Shown here: positions 53,779 through 63,935 of the stretch, piece by piece | How the letters are laid out: each line of letters starts with the position of its first letter | Position numbering within the stretch: position 1 is the stretch's first letter | DNA from: Halarcobacter sp. | GTDB lineage: Bacteria; Campylobacterota; Campylobacteria; Campylobacterales; Arcobacteraceae | Assembly: GCA_963676565.1 (NCBI GenBank) | Contig: OY781089.1 | Coordinates: 2,016,001-2,080,000, forward strand | Direction of reading: 5' to 3' | Length of the DNA stretch: 64,000 nucleotides | Position numbers and translations under genes: made by a program | Notes under the pieces: generated by a model | What the model saw: the letters and a program-made list of their open reading frames with translations, nothing else | The model's database searches: none | What the model was told of the DNA's origin: nothing

Positions 53779-54043
53779 CTAAAATTGACAAAGTCTCTTC
53801 ATCAACTCTTTTTGGTTTTTAGAAGCTACATATCTTATGGAGTTTCTAATTTGATGTACAATACACAATTGAACCTCAATAAGTATATCTTTAACACCAT
53901 GAATAGTATAAACAGCTTTAGAGATATAAATTTAACAAAGATAAAATCTTTTGCTCTATATGATCTGACATATGTGTTTGATTCATTTTTCAATCCTTTA
54001 GAATAAATTCTATCAGACTGACATAAAGTTTCTAACACATCCC
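53779..54043 (-). mobile_element. Degenerate IS256-family remnant
   Basis: Minus frame 53928-53779 reads YISKAVYTIHGVKDILIEVQLCIVHQIRNSIRYVASKNQKELMK (IS256 transposase motifs); IS256-end-like GGGATGTGTTAGAAACTTTATGTCA at 54043-54019. Confidence 0.8.
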
Positions 54044-54045
54044 TT

Positions 54046-55443
54046 TTATTTCTTAGGATATGTCATCTCTTCTGGCTTAACATATTTTTCAAAATCTTCT
54101 TTAGATAATAATCCTAAATTAATAGCTTCTTCTTTTAATGTTGAACCATTAGCATGAGCTGTTTTGGCTATTTTAGCAGCATTTTCGTAACCAATATATG
54201 GGTTTAATGCAGTTACTAGCATAAGTGAATCATTTAAATATTTATCTATATTTGTTCTATTTGCTTGAATTCCAATTGCACACTTATCATTAAATGCAAT
54301 CATGGTATCACTTAATAATCTAATTGATTGAATAATATTTAAAGCAATTACTGGTTTAAATACATTTAATTCAAAATTTCCTTGTGATGCAGCAACTGAA
54401 ATAGTTGTATGATTTCCCATAACCTGAACTGCCACCATTGTCATAGCTTCACTTTGAGTTGGATTTACTTTACCTGGCATAATAGAACTTCCTGGTTCAT
54501 TTTCAGGAATACTTAATTCACCAATTCCACATCTAGGACCTGAAGCTAACCATCTAATATCGTTTGCTATTTTCATTAAATTTGAGGCTAGAGCATTTAA
54601 AGCTCCACTTAATACTACTTCACCATCATGAGCTGTAAGTGCATGGAATTTATTTGGATGTGATTTAAATTTATATTTTGTAGAAGTTAATTCATTTAAA
54701 ACTTCACTTACCATATTTGAAAAATCTGGATGGGAGTTAAGGCCTGTTCCAACTGCTGTTCCACCAATTGCAAGTTCAACAATATATTTCATTACATCAT
54801 CTATTTGAGATAAAGCTTTATCAAGCATATCAACATATCCTGATAATTCTTGTCCCAGGGTAAGAGGAGTTGCATCTTGTAAGTGAGTACGTCCTATTTT
54901 TACTACATCATTAAAGTCCTTTACTTTTTGCTCTAGTGTAGCTTTTAAAGTATTTATTGCAGGGATTAATTTTTTTTGAACATCTAAAACAAAAGCAACT
55001 CTCATAGCAGTAGGGTAAGTATCGTTTGAACTTTGTCCTTTGTTTACATCATCATTTGGATGAACTAGTTTTTCAACTCTAAAATCACTTCCAAGAATCT
55101 CTGTAGCTCTATTTGCTACAACTTCATTTATGTTCATATTTGATTGAGTTCCAGAACCTGTTTGCCATACAACAAGTGGGAAATTCCCTCCTAGTTTACC
55201 TTCAATTACTTCATCACAAGCATTTGAAATAGCTTTAGTTTTTTCATTATTTAGTCTTTCCAATTTATTGTTAACTATTGCACAAGCTTTTTTTAAATAT
55301 GCAAAACCTTCTATAATTTCTTTTGGCATTTTTTCTTCACCAATTGGAAAGTTTTCAAGGCTTCTTTGTGTTTGTGCTGCCCAATATTTGTTATTTGGTA
55401 CTTTCATTTCACCCATTGTATCTTTTTCTATTCTATAATCCAT
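54046..55443 (-). CDS. fumC: Class II fumarate hydratase
   Basis: WQTGSGTQSNMN, SSNDTYPT, KIGRTHLQDATP, GSSIMPGKVNPTQ. Confidence 0.97.
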   Translation of the reverse strand: MDYRIEKDTMGEMKVPNNKYWAAQTQRSLENFPIGEEKMPKEIIEGFAYLKKACAIVNNKLERLNNEKTKAISNACDEVIEGKLGGNFPLVVWQTGSGTQSNMNINEVVANRATEILGSDFRVEKLVHPNDDVNKGQSSNDTYPTAMRVAFVLDVQKKLIPAINTLKATLEQKVKDFNDVVKIGRTHLQDATPLTLGQELSGYVDMLDKALSQIDDVMKYIVELAIGGTAVGTGLNSHPDFSNMVSEVLNELTSTKYKFKSHPNKFHALTAHDGEVVLSGALNALASNLMKIANDIRWLASGPRCGIGELSIPENEPGSSIMPGKVNPTQSEAMTMVAVQVMGNHTTISVAASQGNFELNVFKPVIALNIIQSIRLLSDTMIAFNDKCAIGIQANRTNIDKYLNDSLMLVTALNPYIGYENAAKIAKTAHANGSTLKEEAINLGLLSKEDFEKYVKPEEMTYPKK

Positions 55444-55521
55444 TGTATATCCTTTTACGATAATATAAATTATAGTATAAAAAAATATATGGAATATTAG
55501 AAGTTTTTGTTAGGTAAAAAT

Positions 55522-55553
55522 AAAAAAAGCTAAGAAGAAAAATCTTCTTAGCT
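55522..55553 (-). terminator. Intrinsic terminator of the class I fumarase gene
   Basis: AGCTAAGAAGA-4nt-TCTTCTTAGCT followed by a T-run on the minus strand. Confidence 0.8.
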
Positions 55554-55591
55554 AATTATATATAAGTATTATTTATTAGGATATATAAAAT

Positions 55592-57085
55592 TTAAATCGC
55601 TCTCCACTTTTGTGGACCAGTAGTATGAATAGAAGTACCCTCTGTATCAACTGCAACAGTAACAGGCATATCTTTTACTTCAAATTCGTAAATAGCTTCC
55701 ATTCCCATCTCTTCAAATGCTAATACTTTTGCATCTTTAATAGATTGAGAAATTAAATAAGCTGCTCCACCTGTAGCAATTAAATACATAGATTTGTATT
55801 CTTTGATTAAATCAATAGTTGGTTGCTTTCTTTCAGCTTTACCAATCATACCCATGATTCCAATCTCCATCATATCTTTAGTAAACTTATCCATTCTAGT
55901 TGATGTAGTTGGTCCTGCAGGTCCTACTTTTTCATCTCTAACTGGATCAACTGGTCCAACGTAGTAGATAAATCTATCTTTTAAGTCAACACCATTTGGA
56001 AGTGGTTTCCCTGCATTTTTATACTCAACAATTTTTTTATGAGCAGCATCTCTTGCAGTTAAGATTTTTCCTGATAATAGTAAAGTATCTCCTGATTTAA
56101 ATTGAGATAAATTCTCTTTTGTTAAATCTTCAATATTTACTTTTTTAATTGTATCCATTGGTAGTTCTAAATCTGGCCAAAGGTCTAAATCTGGTTTTTC
56201 AAATTTTGCTGGTCCATTTCCATCAAGTTCAAAATGGATATGTCTAGTAGCTGCACAGTTTGGAATCATAGCAACAGGAAGTGATGCTGCATGACATGGA
56301 TAATCTAAAATTTTAACATCTAGAACTGTTGTTAATCCACCAAGTCCTTGTGCTCCAATTCCGATTTTATTAATGTCTTCATATAATTTTAGTCTTAATT
56401 CTTCTAAAGCATTTTGAGGACCTCTTTCTTTTAGTTCATGAATATCAACATGACCCATTAAAGCCTCTTTAGCTAATAGCATTGATTTTTCTGGATTACC
56501 ACCAATACCAATACCTAAGATTCCTGGAGGACACCATCCTGCTCCCATTTGCTCAACATTACTCATAACCCAATCATAAATTGAATCACTTGGATTTAAT
56601 ACAGCAAATTTAGATTTATTTTCAGATCCTCCACCTTTAGCTGCAACTGTAATATCTAATTTATCAGAGTTTGCATCAACTGAAAAGTGAATAACTGCTG
56701 GTGTATTATTTTTAGTATTTGTTCTAGCTCCTGCAGGATCTGCAACAACAGAGTATCTTAAAGTATTATCTGGGTCTGTATAACCTTTTGCTACACCTTC
56801 ATTTAATACATCTTCTAACTCTTTTGAAATATCTAAGTCAGCTTTTAAACCAACTTTTATAAAAATATTTACGCTCCCTGTATCTTGACATAAAGGTCTA
56901 TGTCCTAGTGCACACATTTTAGAGTTAATTAAAATTTGTCCAATAGCATTTTTTGCTGCTTCTGATTTTTCATTTTCATAAGCTTCTACCATCCCTTTAA
57001 CAAAATCTTCAGGGTGATAAAAAGATATATATTGACATGCGTCAGCAATACTTTGTACGATATCTTGTTCGGTGATTTTTCCCAT
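55592..57085 (-). CDS. Class I (Fe-S) fumarate hydratase, single chain
   Basis: CQDTG, KGGGSENK, CPPG, CHAAS, NCAATRH, GPTTSTRM; ATG 57085 behind GGAG. Confidence 0.94.
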   Translation of the reverse strand: MGKITEQDIVQSIADACQYISFYHPEDFVKGMVEAYENEKSEAAKNAIGQILINSKMCALGHRPLCQDTGSVNIFIKVGLKADLDISKELEDVLNEGVAKGYTDPDNTLRYSVVADPAGARTNTKNNTPAVIHFSVDANSDKLDITVAAKGGGSENKSKFAVLNPSDSIYDWVMSNVEQMGAGWCPPGILGIGIGGNPEKSMLLAKEALMGHVDIHELKERGPQNALEELRLKLYEDINKIGIGAQGLGGLTTVLDVKILDYPCHAASLPVAMIPNCAATRHIHFELDGNGPAKFEKPDLDLWPDLELPMDTIKKVNIEDLTKENLSQFKSGDTLLLSGKILTARDAAHKKIVEYKNAGKPLPNGVDLKDRFIYYVGPVDPVRDEKVGPAGPTTSTRMDKFTKDMMEIGIMGMIGKAERKQPTIDLIKEYKSMYLIATGGAAYLISQSIKDAKVLAFEEMGMEAIYEFEVKDMPVTVAVDTEGTSIHTTGPQKWRAI

Positions 57086-57146
57086 TCTCCAAGTCCTTTT
57101 ATAAATTTTAAATTTCAATGATTATATCAAATATGAGATTATTAAA

Positions 57147-57165
57147 AAGAATGAGAATCATTAAA
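57147..57165. promoter_or_regulatory. Fur-box-like site upstream of the class I fumarase promoter
   Basis: AATGAGAATCATTA differs by one base from the Fur-box core; extended -10 TGATATAAT on the minus strand at 57121-57129. Confidence 0.5.
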
Positions 57166-57204
57166 GTAATAGGAACAATTGCTCTTAGTTACACAACTTC
57201 TCAT

Positions 57205-59115
57205 TTAAACTAGAATTAATTTAATTGTAACCTTTGCTCCTAAGTACTTTTTGTTGTAGTAGTGGTATTCATGATTTTGTATATCTATAGTACCTTTTAA
57301 ATGTTTTGTTATAATCTCTTCTGTCATGTAAAGCCCAATTCCTGTCCCTTGAGATTGGTGTTTAGTTGTAAAGTATGGCTCAAAAATATGTTCAATAATC
57401 TTTTTGGGAACACCCCCAGCATTATCTAAAATAGTTAATATTATCTCATCATCTTTTACATATGAATCAATAAAAATATATTTATCCTCTTGGTCTATTT
57501 TTTCTAATTCATCTTTAGCATTATTTATAAGATTTATTACAACTTGAATAAGTTCATTTTTTAATCCATAGGTTTGAAAATCTTTTGTATTATTTACAAC
57601 AATGATATTTTTATCTTTTAATTGAGGACTAACTATATTTAGTGTAGCTTCAACAACATCTTTTATTGAAAACTCTACTTTTTCTTTATTTTTTGAGAAG
57701 TAAGTTCTAAAATCTTCGATTGTATTAGACAAGTATTTTGTGGCATCATTAATATGTTTTATACTCTTTTTAAAATCATCATCACTTAAAACTCCAATCT
57801 CTTTTTTAAGTTCCATTCCTGTGGAAGTACTAAGTATAATTGAAAGTGGTTGTCTCCATTGATGTGCTATATTATTTATCATAGAACCAATTGCAGCCAT
57901 TTTTGATTGGTGTGCTAGGGTTTCATTTTGTTTTGTAATATATTCAAGACTATCATCTATCTCTTTTTTATATCTGTCAAATTTACTTTTTAAAATTCTA
58001 GAAAGATTAATAGAAAGAATAAGTAAAACTAAAGAGAAAATAATAGTTGTTATAAAAATTTGTTCTAAGTCTTCATGAAACTTTTCTTTTAATAAGTTTT
58101 TCTCTTTTTCTACTCTTTGTTTTATATCATCTTCATAAAAACCTTTTCCTATTAGCATATCCCATTTATCAAAACCTCTAACATAGCTGGTTTTTTTCAT
58201 TGGCATATTTATACCAGGCTTTTTATTTTGTATATAACTTATATAGCCACTATTATTGTTTTTTGAAGTATTAATTGCATCGATAATAGTTTGGTTAGTT
58301 CTTGTGTCTTTTGCTTCAAGGGCATTTAACCCAATAATATCTTTTTTTATGTGGCTTAGATAGTTGCCATTATAATCAAGTGCAAAGATATATCCATTAT
58401 TTGGGTATTTTAAATTACTAATAAAATTTAATATTTTTACTTTTTGGTCATCTTCAAAATCTTTTATATATTCACCTGTACCAATAACCCAATCAAAAGG
58501 CTCAAAGTGTTTGTTATAACCAATTTTTTTATATTGTTTTTCTTTGTCAGAAGGTTTATAATATTTCCATTGAAAAAAACCTTCTTTTTTTGATTTAACA
58601 ATATTAATAATTTCTCTAATTACATACACCCCATTTGCATCTTGATAATTATAAAAATTTGTTCCTTCAAGCTCTCTTGCTAATGGGAGCAAAACACACT
58701 CATAATCAAAGGTATAAATAAAAAAATATCCCCTTTTATTGTTGAATCTAATCTCCCTTAATGCATCAGAAATCATTTTTTTTAGTATTTGCTTGTCAAG
58801 TTCTTTATTTTCATTATAAATATTCATTGCAATAGAATAAGCTTCATTAACTCTATCTTTAAGAGATGTTTTTAAGTTGTTTTCTGTAGAGTCTTGTTCT
58901 TTTTGAATAAGATGATAAACTCTATCAACTTGACTTTTTATAAGTTCTTTGTTGTTTTTTATATATTCTTGTTCAATAAATTTTTCTTGATTTTTAAAAT
59001 TAACTTCATTGTTTAGATATAAAGATAGAGATAGAAGAATAGAAATTATTATCGCTAGGATAGGGGGAGCATATTTAATGATCCTAATTATTTTATCTTC
59101 ATTTTTTGTGTTCAT
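57205..59115 (-). CDS. Double-Cache sensor histidine kinase
   Basis: Two Cache repeats (GYFFIY...WVIGTG; GYIF...IGKG); NIAHQWRQPL; DNAGG, PYFTTK, GTGIGL. Confidence 0.92.
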   Translation of the reverse strand: MNTKNEDKIIRIIKYAPPILAIIISILLSLSLYLNNEVNFKNQEKFIEQEYIKNNKELIKSQVDRVYHLIQKEQDSTENNLKTSLKDRVNEAYSIAMNIYNENKELDKQILKKMISDALREIRFNNKRGYFFIYTFDYECVLLPLARELEGTNFYNYQDANGVYVIREIINIVKSKKEGFFQWKYYKPSDKEKQYKKIGYNKHFEPFDWVIGTGEYIKDFEDDQKVKILNFISNLKYPNNGYIFALDYNGNYLSHIKKDIIGLNALEAKDTRTNQTIIDAINTSKNNNSGYISYIQNKKPGINMPMKKTSYVRGFDKWDMLIGKGFYEDDIKQRVEKEKNLLKEKFHEDLEQIFITTIIFSLVLLILSINLSRILKSKFDRYKKEIDDSLEYITKQNETLAHQSKMAAIGSMINNIAHQWRQPLSIILSTSTGMELKKEIGVLSDDDFKKSIKHINDATKYLSNTIEDFRTYFSKNKEKVEFSIKDVVEATLNIVSPQLKDKNIIVVNNTKDFQTYGLKNELIQVVINLINNAKDELEKIDQEDKYIFIDSYVKDDEIILTILDNAGGVPKKIIEHIFEPYFTTKHQSQGTGIGLYMTEEIITKHLKGTIDIQNHEYHYYNKKYLGAKVTIKLILV

Positions 59116-59156
59116 ATAATATTCTTAGTTAATTGTTTAATTGTACAACAATTTGA

Positions 59157-59756
59157 CTAAAAACCATTTTCAAATGAAGAAGAAATAAATATATTTAAAT
59201 CTTTTAGAAATGTAGAAACTAATTGATTTTGTGCTTCAACAAAACCAAGGGCATCTATAGTTTTTGTTTCCTTTTTATATATAAAATTTTTATATGCAAT
59301 TTTTTTATTTAGGTTATTGATTAGGTAAACTCTTATTGAAAGTTTTGCAAATGATTGATTGTTTTCTATACTTTGATTGAATTCAAACAATTCACTATGT
59401 AATGTATAATCACTTGCAAGTTTAATTTTTGAAGTTGTTATATATTTAAACCTATTTTTTGAGTTTAGATATGAAGCCATACTTTGTTGTATAAGTTTAG
59501 TTGGCTTATCACTCCAACGACTTAGCACATATGAATCACTAATATACCCATCTTTTTTGTAACTAATAGCCTTGCTATTTAAACTCTCTAGGGTTCTTGG
59601 TTCTAAAATCATAATACTTTTATCAAAAAAACTTTGTTTCTCTTGTTTTATATCAAGATTAAGATTGTAAGTTTTATATGCTGGCAATTCTTTTGTAATA
59701 CTAATACATCCTGTAAATAGTATTGAAATAAATAAAATTGATAAAAATTTAAACAT
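59157..59756 (-). CDS. PqiC-like ABC auxiliary lipoprotein
   Basis: Lipobox LFTGC; RWSDKP motif; last gene of the MCE operon. Confidence 0.82.
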   Translation of the reverse strand: MFKFLSILFISILFTGCISITKELPAYKTYNLNLDIKQEKQSFFDKSIMILEPRTLESLNSKAISYKKDGYISDSYVLSRWSDKPTKLIQQSMASYLNSKNRFKYITTSKIKLASDYTLHSELFEFNQSIENNQSFAKLSIRVYLINNLNKKIAYKNFIYKKETKTIDALGFVEAQNQLVSTFLKDLNIFISSSFENGF

Positions 59757-60700
59757 TATTCTAGTTCTCCTGGTCCAAAGTTTTTCTCTCTTGTATTAAA
59801 AATCATATCTCCACCATTTGAGTTAAAATCTTCAATTGTAGAATCGATTTTTTCTATAGTTTGTTCTAAATCCCCTAATACTTTTTCTATACTTTGAGAT
59901 GATTTTGCTGTATTACTAAAATCAGTAATTAAGTTTTTTACATCATTTTTTAATACTTCATCAATATTTTTACTTAATAAACTTAGATTTTTAGAAAGTT
60001 TTTCTATCTCTTTTATGGTTTTTGATACATCATTTTTTACTACATTATCGATTGTTTTTGTCATTTGATTTACATTGTTGAAAGTTGTTTTTACATCATT
60101 TTCTAATAGATTATTTGAATGTGTAATTAGTTGATTAAAGTTTTCCGATGATTTATTTAAATTGGCTAATAGTTTTTCAATATTTTCAATATTTTTATCA
60201 TTTAGCAATAGCTCAAATCTTTTTAAAACAACTTCAATTTGTGAACTTATATTTCCTGCACTTGAAGTAAGTTTATCAATAAAAGATTTTTTTAAAGGTA
60301 AGATTGCAAATGAATTTTCTTTTACCACAACTTGTTTTGCTTCTTGAGTTCCACCCTCTATTTCTATTAGTTTATTTCCCGTAACACCTTGAGATTGTAT
60401 TATTGCATAAGAGTTAGTTTTTATGATTTCTGGTTTTGTGATTTTTAAGATAATCTCTATTTGTTCAACATCTTTAGGATTGATTCTAATATCATCAACT
60501 AAACCTATATCTAAACCCTTGTATTCAACAATTGAGTTTTTATTTAAACCAGCTATAGAGGTTTTACTATAAATTCTAAACTCTTTTGCATTTAATTCTT
60601 CTACATCGTACCTTGCAAGCCATAATATAAAAATAACCATTGCAATTGTAAATGTAAGAACAAATATACCAACAACTGTGTATTTAGCTTTATTTTCCAA
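59756..60700 (-). CDS. mlaD: MlaD/MCE protein with long helical C-terminus
   Basis: YTVVGIFV TM; GL..NS.V.YKG..IG.V; QGVTG. Confidence 0.88.
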   Translation of the reverse strand: MENKAKYTVVGIFVLTFTIAMVIFILWLARYDVEELNAKEFRIYSKTSIAGLNKNSIVEYKGLDIGLVDDIRINPKDVEQIEIILKITKPEIIKTNSYAIIQSQGVTGNKLIEIEGGTQEAKQVVVKENSFAILPLKKSFIDKLTSSAGNISSQIEVVLKRFELLLNDKNIENIEKLLANLNKSSENFNQLITHSNNLLENDVKTTFNNVNQMTKTIDNVVKNDVSKTIKEIEKLSKNLSLLSKNIDEVLKNDVKNLITDFSNTAKSSQSIEKVLGDLEQTIEKIDSTIEDFNSNGGDMIFNTREKNFGPGELE

Positions 60701-61433
60701 ACTCTTCCTTTTGAAGTTTTAAAAACTTTTTTATTGTATCATCATTTGAATTTAATGCATCCTCATAGGTTCCAAGCATTGATAGTTTACCATTTGAAAG
60801 GATTAAGAATCTATCTAAAACATTTTTTATAGTATTTAATTCATGGGTAATCATAACAACTGTTAATCCTAACATATCCCTAAGTTGTGCAATTAATGTA
60901 TCAAAAGCTTTTGCACTTGCAGGATCAAGTCCTGAAGTCGGTTCATCTAAAAAAACTATCTCAGGGTCTAAAGCTAAACTTCTAGCTAAGGCTACTCTTT
61001 TTTTCATTCCCCCACTTAACTCTTGGGGATAAAGTTTACCAACTCTTGAATCAAGACCAACCATTTTTAATTTTGTGTAAGCAATATCATCAATTAATTC
61101 TTTAGGTAAATTTGTGTTTTCTTTTAACATAATGCCAATATTTTCAATTACATTTAAAGATGAAAATAAAGCGCCAAATTGAAATAAAACACCCCAGTTT
61201 CTTTTTATATTATCCCTATCTTTCATATTTAAATTTTTTATATTTTTACCAAAAATTTCAATATCACCTTTTTGTATGGCATCCAACATTATTATTTGTC
61301 GAAGCATTACCGTTTTTCCACTACCACTTCCACCTAAGATACCAAATATTTCACCTTTTTTTATATTAAAAGAGATATCATCATGCACAATTTTTTCTTT
61401 AAATGAGGTTGAAATATTTTTAACTTTTATCAT
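60690..61433 (-). CDS. mlaF: MlaF-like ABC ATPase
   Basis: GGSGSGKT, FQFGALF, LSGGMKKRVALAR, DEPTSGLDP. Confidence 0.92.
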   Translation of the reverse strand: MIKVKNISTSFKEKIVHDDISFNIKKGEIFGILGGSGSGKTVMLRQIIMLDAIQKGDIEIFGKNIKNLNMKDRDNIKRNWGVLFQFGALFSSLNVIENIGIMLKENTNLPKELIDDIAYTKLKMVGLDSRVGKLYPQELSGGMKKRVALARSLALDPEIVFLDEPTSGLDPASAKAFDTLIAQLRDMLGLTVVMITHELNTIKNVLDRFLILSNGKLSMLGTYEDALNSNDDTIKKFLKLQKEEFGK

Positions 61434-61434
61434 C

Positions 61435-62520
61435 TTAGAATCCTAATTGTATTGAAAGTAAAGATATTATTGCATTGATTATAATTAACCAAAAAATTGA
61501 ATCAACAACTGCTTTTGTAGTATATTTCCCAATATCAGTTCCACTTTTAACTTGTAAACCTCTATAACATCCAATAACTGCAATTAAAATACCAAATAAG
61601 GGAGCCTTAAAAACTCCAAGTAAAATATGTCTAATCTCAACATATTCATAAATTCTTTCTATAAATTGAGTATATGAAATACCAAGGTGAATCTTAACTA
61701 TAACCATCTCTCCAATAAGTGAAGCCATATCGGCAAAAAATACAATTAAAGGTAAAACAATAATTAGTGCAATGATTCTAGGAATTATTAAAAAAATATC
61801 AATATCAAAGCCCATTGTTCTCATGGCACTTATCTCTTCAGTTATTTTCATTGTTCCAATTTGTGCTGTATAGGATGAAGCACTTCGTCCTGCAATTATA
61901 ACAGCTGCCAAAAAAGGGGCAATTTCTCTAAACATACTCATTGTAGACATCTCAATAACTATTATTGCTGCACCAAATCTATTTAATTGTTCAGCACCTT
62001 GATAAGCTGTAACAAATCCAACTAAAAATAAAGCTAAGGCAATGATTGGCAAAATAGGAATTGCAGCAATCTCTATTTGATGAACAATAGATTTAAGTCT
62101 AATTTTAGAAGGATGTTTTAAAAGATAAAAAAAATAAACTATTAATTTCCCTATAAAATATAAAAAGTTTTTAAAAGAGTTTGAGGAATCAAATACCTCT
62201 TTCCCTATTTTTTCTAAAAATGGGGATTCTTTTGAGATAATCTCATCTTTATGTACATAATTACTTTTGTATAAATCAAACATTTTTTTATGTTTTGATG
62301 AGATGTTTTCAATTAAAACTTCTGTATTCTTTTTCTCAAAAATTATTACATATTTTATTAATAAGATAATTCCCGATGAATCAATCTGTCCAAGTTTTTG
62401 AAAATCAAAACTTACAGTTTTAGAGGAGATATTTTTTTTGAAAAAATTATCCAACTCTTTTATTTTAGGTGTTAGTGTTGTATATTCCCAATCTTCTTTA
62501 ACTGTAAATTGATTAATCAA
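61435..62520 (-). CDS. mlaE: MlaE permease with N-terminal STAS (MlaB-like) domain
   Basis: IDSSG STAS motif; REIAP, AGRSAS..TAQIGTMKITEEI.AM, PRI. Confidence 0.9.
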   Translation of the reverse strand: MINQFTVKEDWEYTTLTPKIKELDNFFKKNISSKTVSFDFQKLGQIDSSGIILLIKYVIIFEKKNTEVLIENISSKHKKMFDLYKSNYVHKDEIISKESPFLEKIGKEVFDSSNSFKNFLYFIGKLIVYFFYLLKHPSKIRLKSIVHQIEIAAIPILPIIALALFLVGFVTAYQGAEQLNRFGAAIIVIEMSTMSMFREIAPFLAAVIIAGRSASSYTAQIGTMKITEEISAMRTMGFDIDIFLIIPRIIALIIVLPLIVFFADMASLIGEMVIVKIHLGISYTQFIERIYEYVEIRHILLGVFKAPLFGILIAVIGCYRGLQVKSGTDIGKYTTKAVVDSIFWLIIINAIISLLSIQLGF

Positions 62521-62529
62521 AAATCCCCT

Positions 62530-63819
62530 TTAAAAAGTGTTAGCGATATCTTTTACGATTTTACTAATATTTAGTATCGATTTGATTTCAACCTTTTCTC
62601 TTGTTGAGTGTGGGTTAAATATATTTGGACCAATAGAGGCAATTTTCATATGTGGAAATTTGTCTTTAAATATTGCACACTCTAAGCCTGCATGTATTGC
62701 TTCTAAGGATGCTTCTGGATTGTGTTTTTTATAAATATCTAAAACCATATTTGTAAACTCATTTACATCTGGTTTCCATGCTGGATATTTACCATCTGTT
62801 CTTACTTCAAAACCAAAAGATTCCAATAATAAAATGGTCTCTTTTTTTAGTTGTTCAAGGTTTGAATTTGACATTGATCGACCACTTAATTCAATCTCAA
62901 TTTCATCAATTTTTGTTTCTATTTTAGCTAGGTTGATAGAGTCTAAAACCACATTTAAATCTTTATCATATGCTCTAACACCATTTGCAAATGTATAAAT
63001 GAAATCACATATATCACTTGACCAAACATTTAAATGTTCAGCTTTAGTATCAATTTTACTTATACAAATATTTTCATTTGGTATTAACTTTGGGTCCTCT
63101 TTAAAAGCAACAATTGCTTTAACATTTACAGGGATGGAGTTGATTCTCTCCCCACCATTTATATCAAGAAGTAAACCATTATTTTCTTTTATAGTTTGTG
63201 CAATTAGTTTAATACCATTTGGTACATTTAAGTGAATATCAACACCACTGTGACCACCAGGTAATTTAGAAATCTCTATTTCATAAAGCTCATAATTTTC
63301 ATTGTTTTCAATAATTTGTTTTGAAGAGTTTTTTGCAAAGAAATCTACCCCTCCAGCACAACCAATACAAATTTCACCTTCTGCTTCACTATCAATATTT
63401 AACATATATTGTGCATCTAATTTATGCTCTAAATTATTTGCTCCAATTAGTCCTATCTCTTCATCACTTGTAAAAAGAAATTGACAATCATAACCTTGAG
63501 TCATTAGTGATAGCATATAAGAACATCCTATACCATTATCAGCTCCTAATGTTGAGTTCTCAGCTCTTAAAAACTCTTCTTCTTCAACAATTTTAGGAAT
63601 ACAATTGTCACTTAAACAAACAATATCATAATGGTTTTGTAAACACAAACTTGCTTTTGAGTTCTCTTTTTTACATAAAATATTATTAAAGTTATCAACT
63701 AAACAAAGGTAACCATTTTTTGAAGCAAATTTTTTCATATAATTTATAAATGGTTCATGATTCCCACTACATCTAGGGATAGTTGTGATTTCTTTGAAAA
63801 TATCTAAAACATTATTCAC
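62530..63819 (-). CDS. pepD: Aminoacyl-histidine dipeptidase (M20 family)
   Basis: IPRCSG, LQNHYD, TLGADNGIG, DEEIGL, GGHSG, IHAGLEC, PHS. Confidence 0.88.
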   Translation of the reverse strand: MNNVLDIFKEITTIPRCSGNHEPFINYMKKFASKNGYLCLVDNFNNILCKKENSKASLCLQNHYDIVCLSDNCIPKIVEEEEFLRAENSTLGADNGIGCSYMLSLMTQGYDCQFLFTSDEEIGLIGANNLEHKLDAQYMLNIDSEAEGEICIGCAGGVDFFAKNSSKQIIENNENYELYEIEISKLPGGHSGVDIHLNVPNGIKLIAQTIKENNGLLLDINGGERINSIPVNVKAIVAFKEDPKLIPNENICISKIDTKAEHLNVWSSDICDFIYTFANGVRAYDKDLNVVLDSINLAKIETKIDEIEIELSGRSMSNSNLEQLKKETILLLESFGFEVRTDGKYPAWKPDVNEFTNMVLDIYKKHNPEASLEAIHAGLECAIFKDKFPHMKIASIGPNIFNPHSTREKVEIKSILNISKIVKDIANTF

Positions 63820-63935
63820 AAATAGCCTTTTTTAGGCACTATTATAACTAAGAATATAAAAACTTTCCTTATATTTTTAAGCTTTGTTAAAAAATATTAT
63901 ATTAAGATAAATAAATTAAAATTTAGGGAAGATAA

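Noticed and set aside
53773..54038. Track ORFs 53773-54006 (+) and 53835-54038 (-) as real genes
   Set aside because: They overlap the IS256 relic, whose recognisable motifs lie in a different frame.
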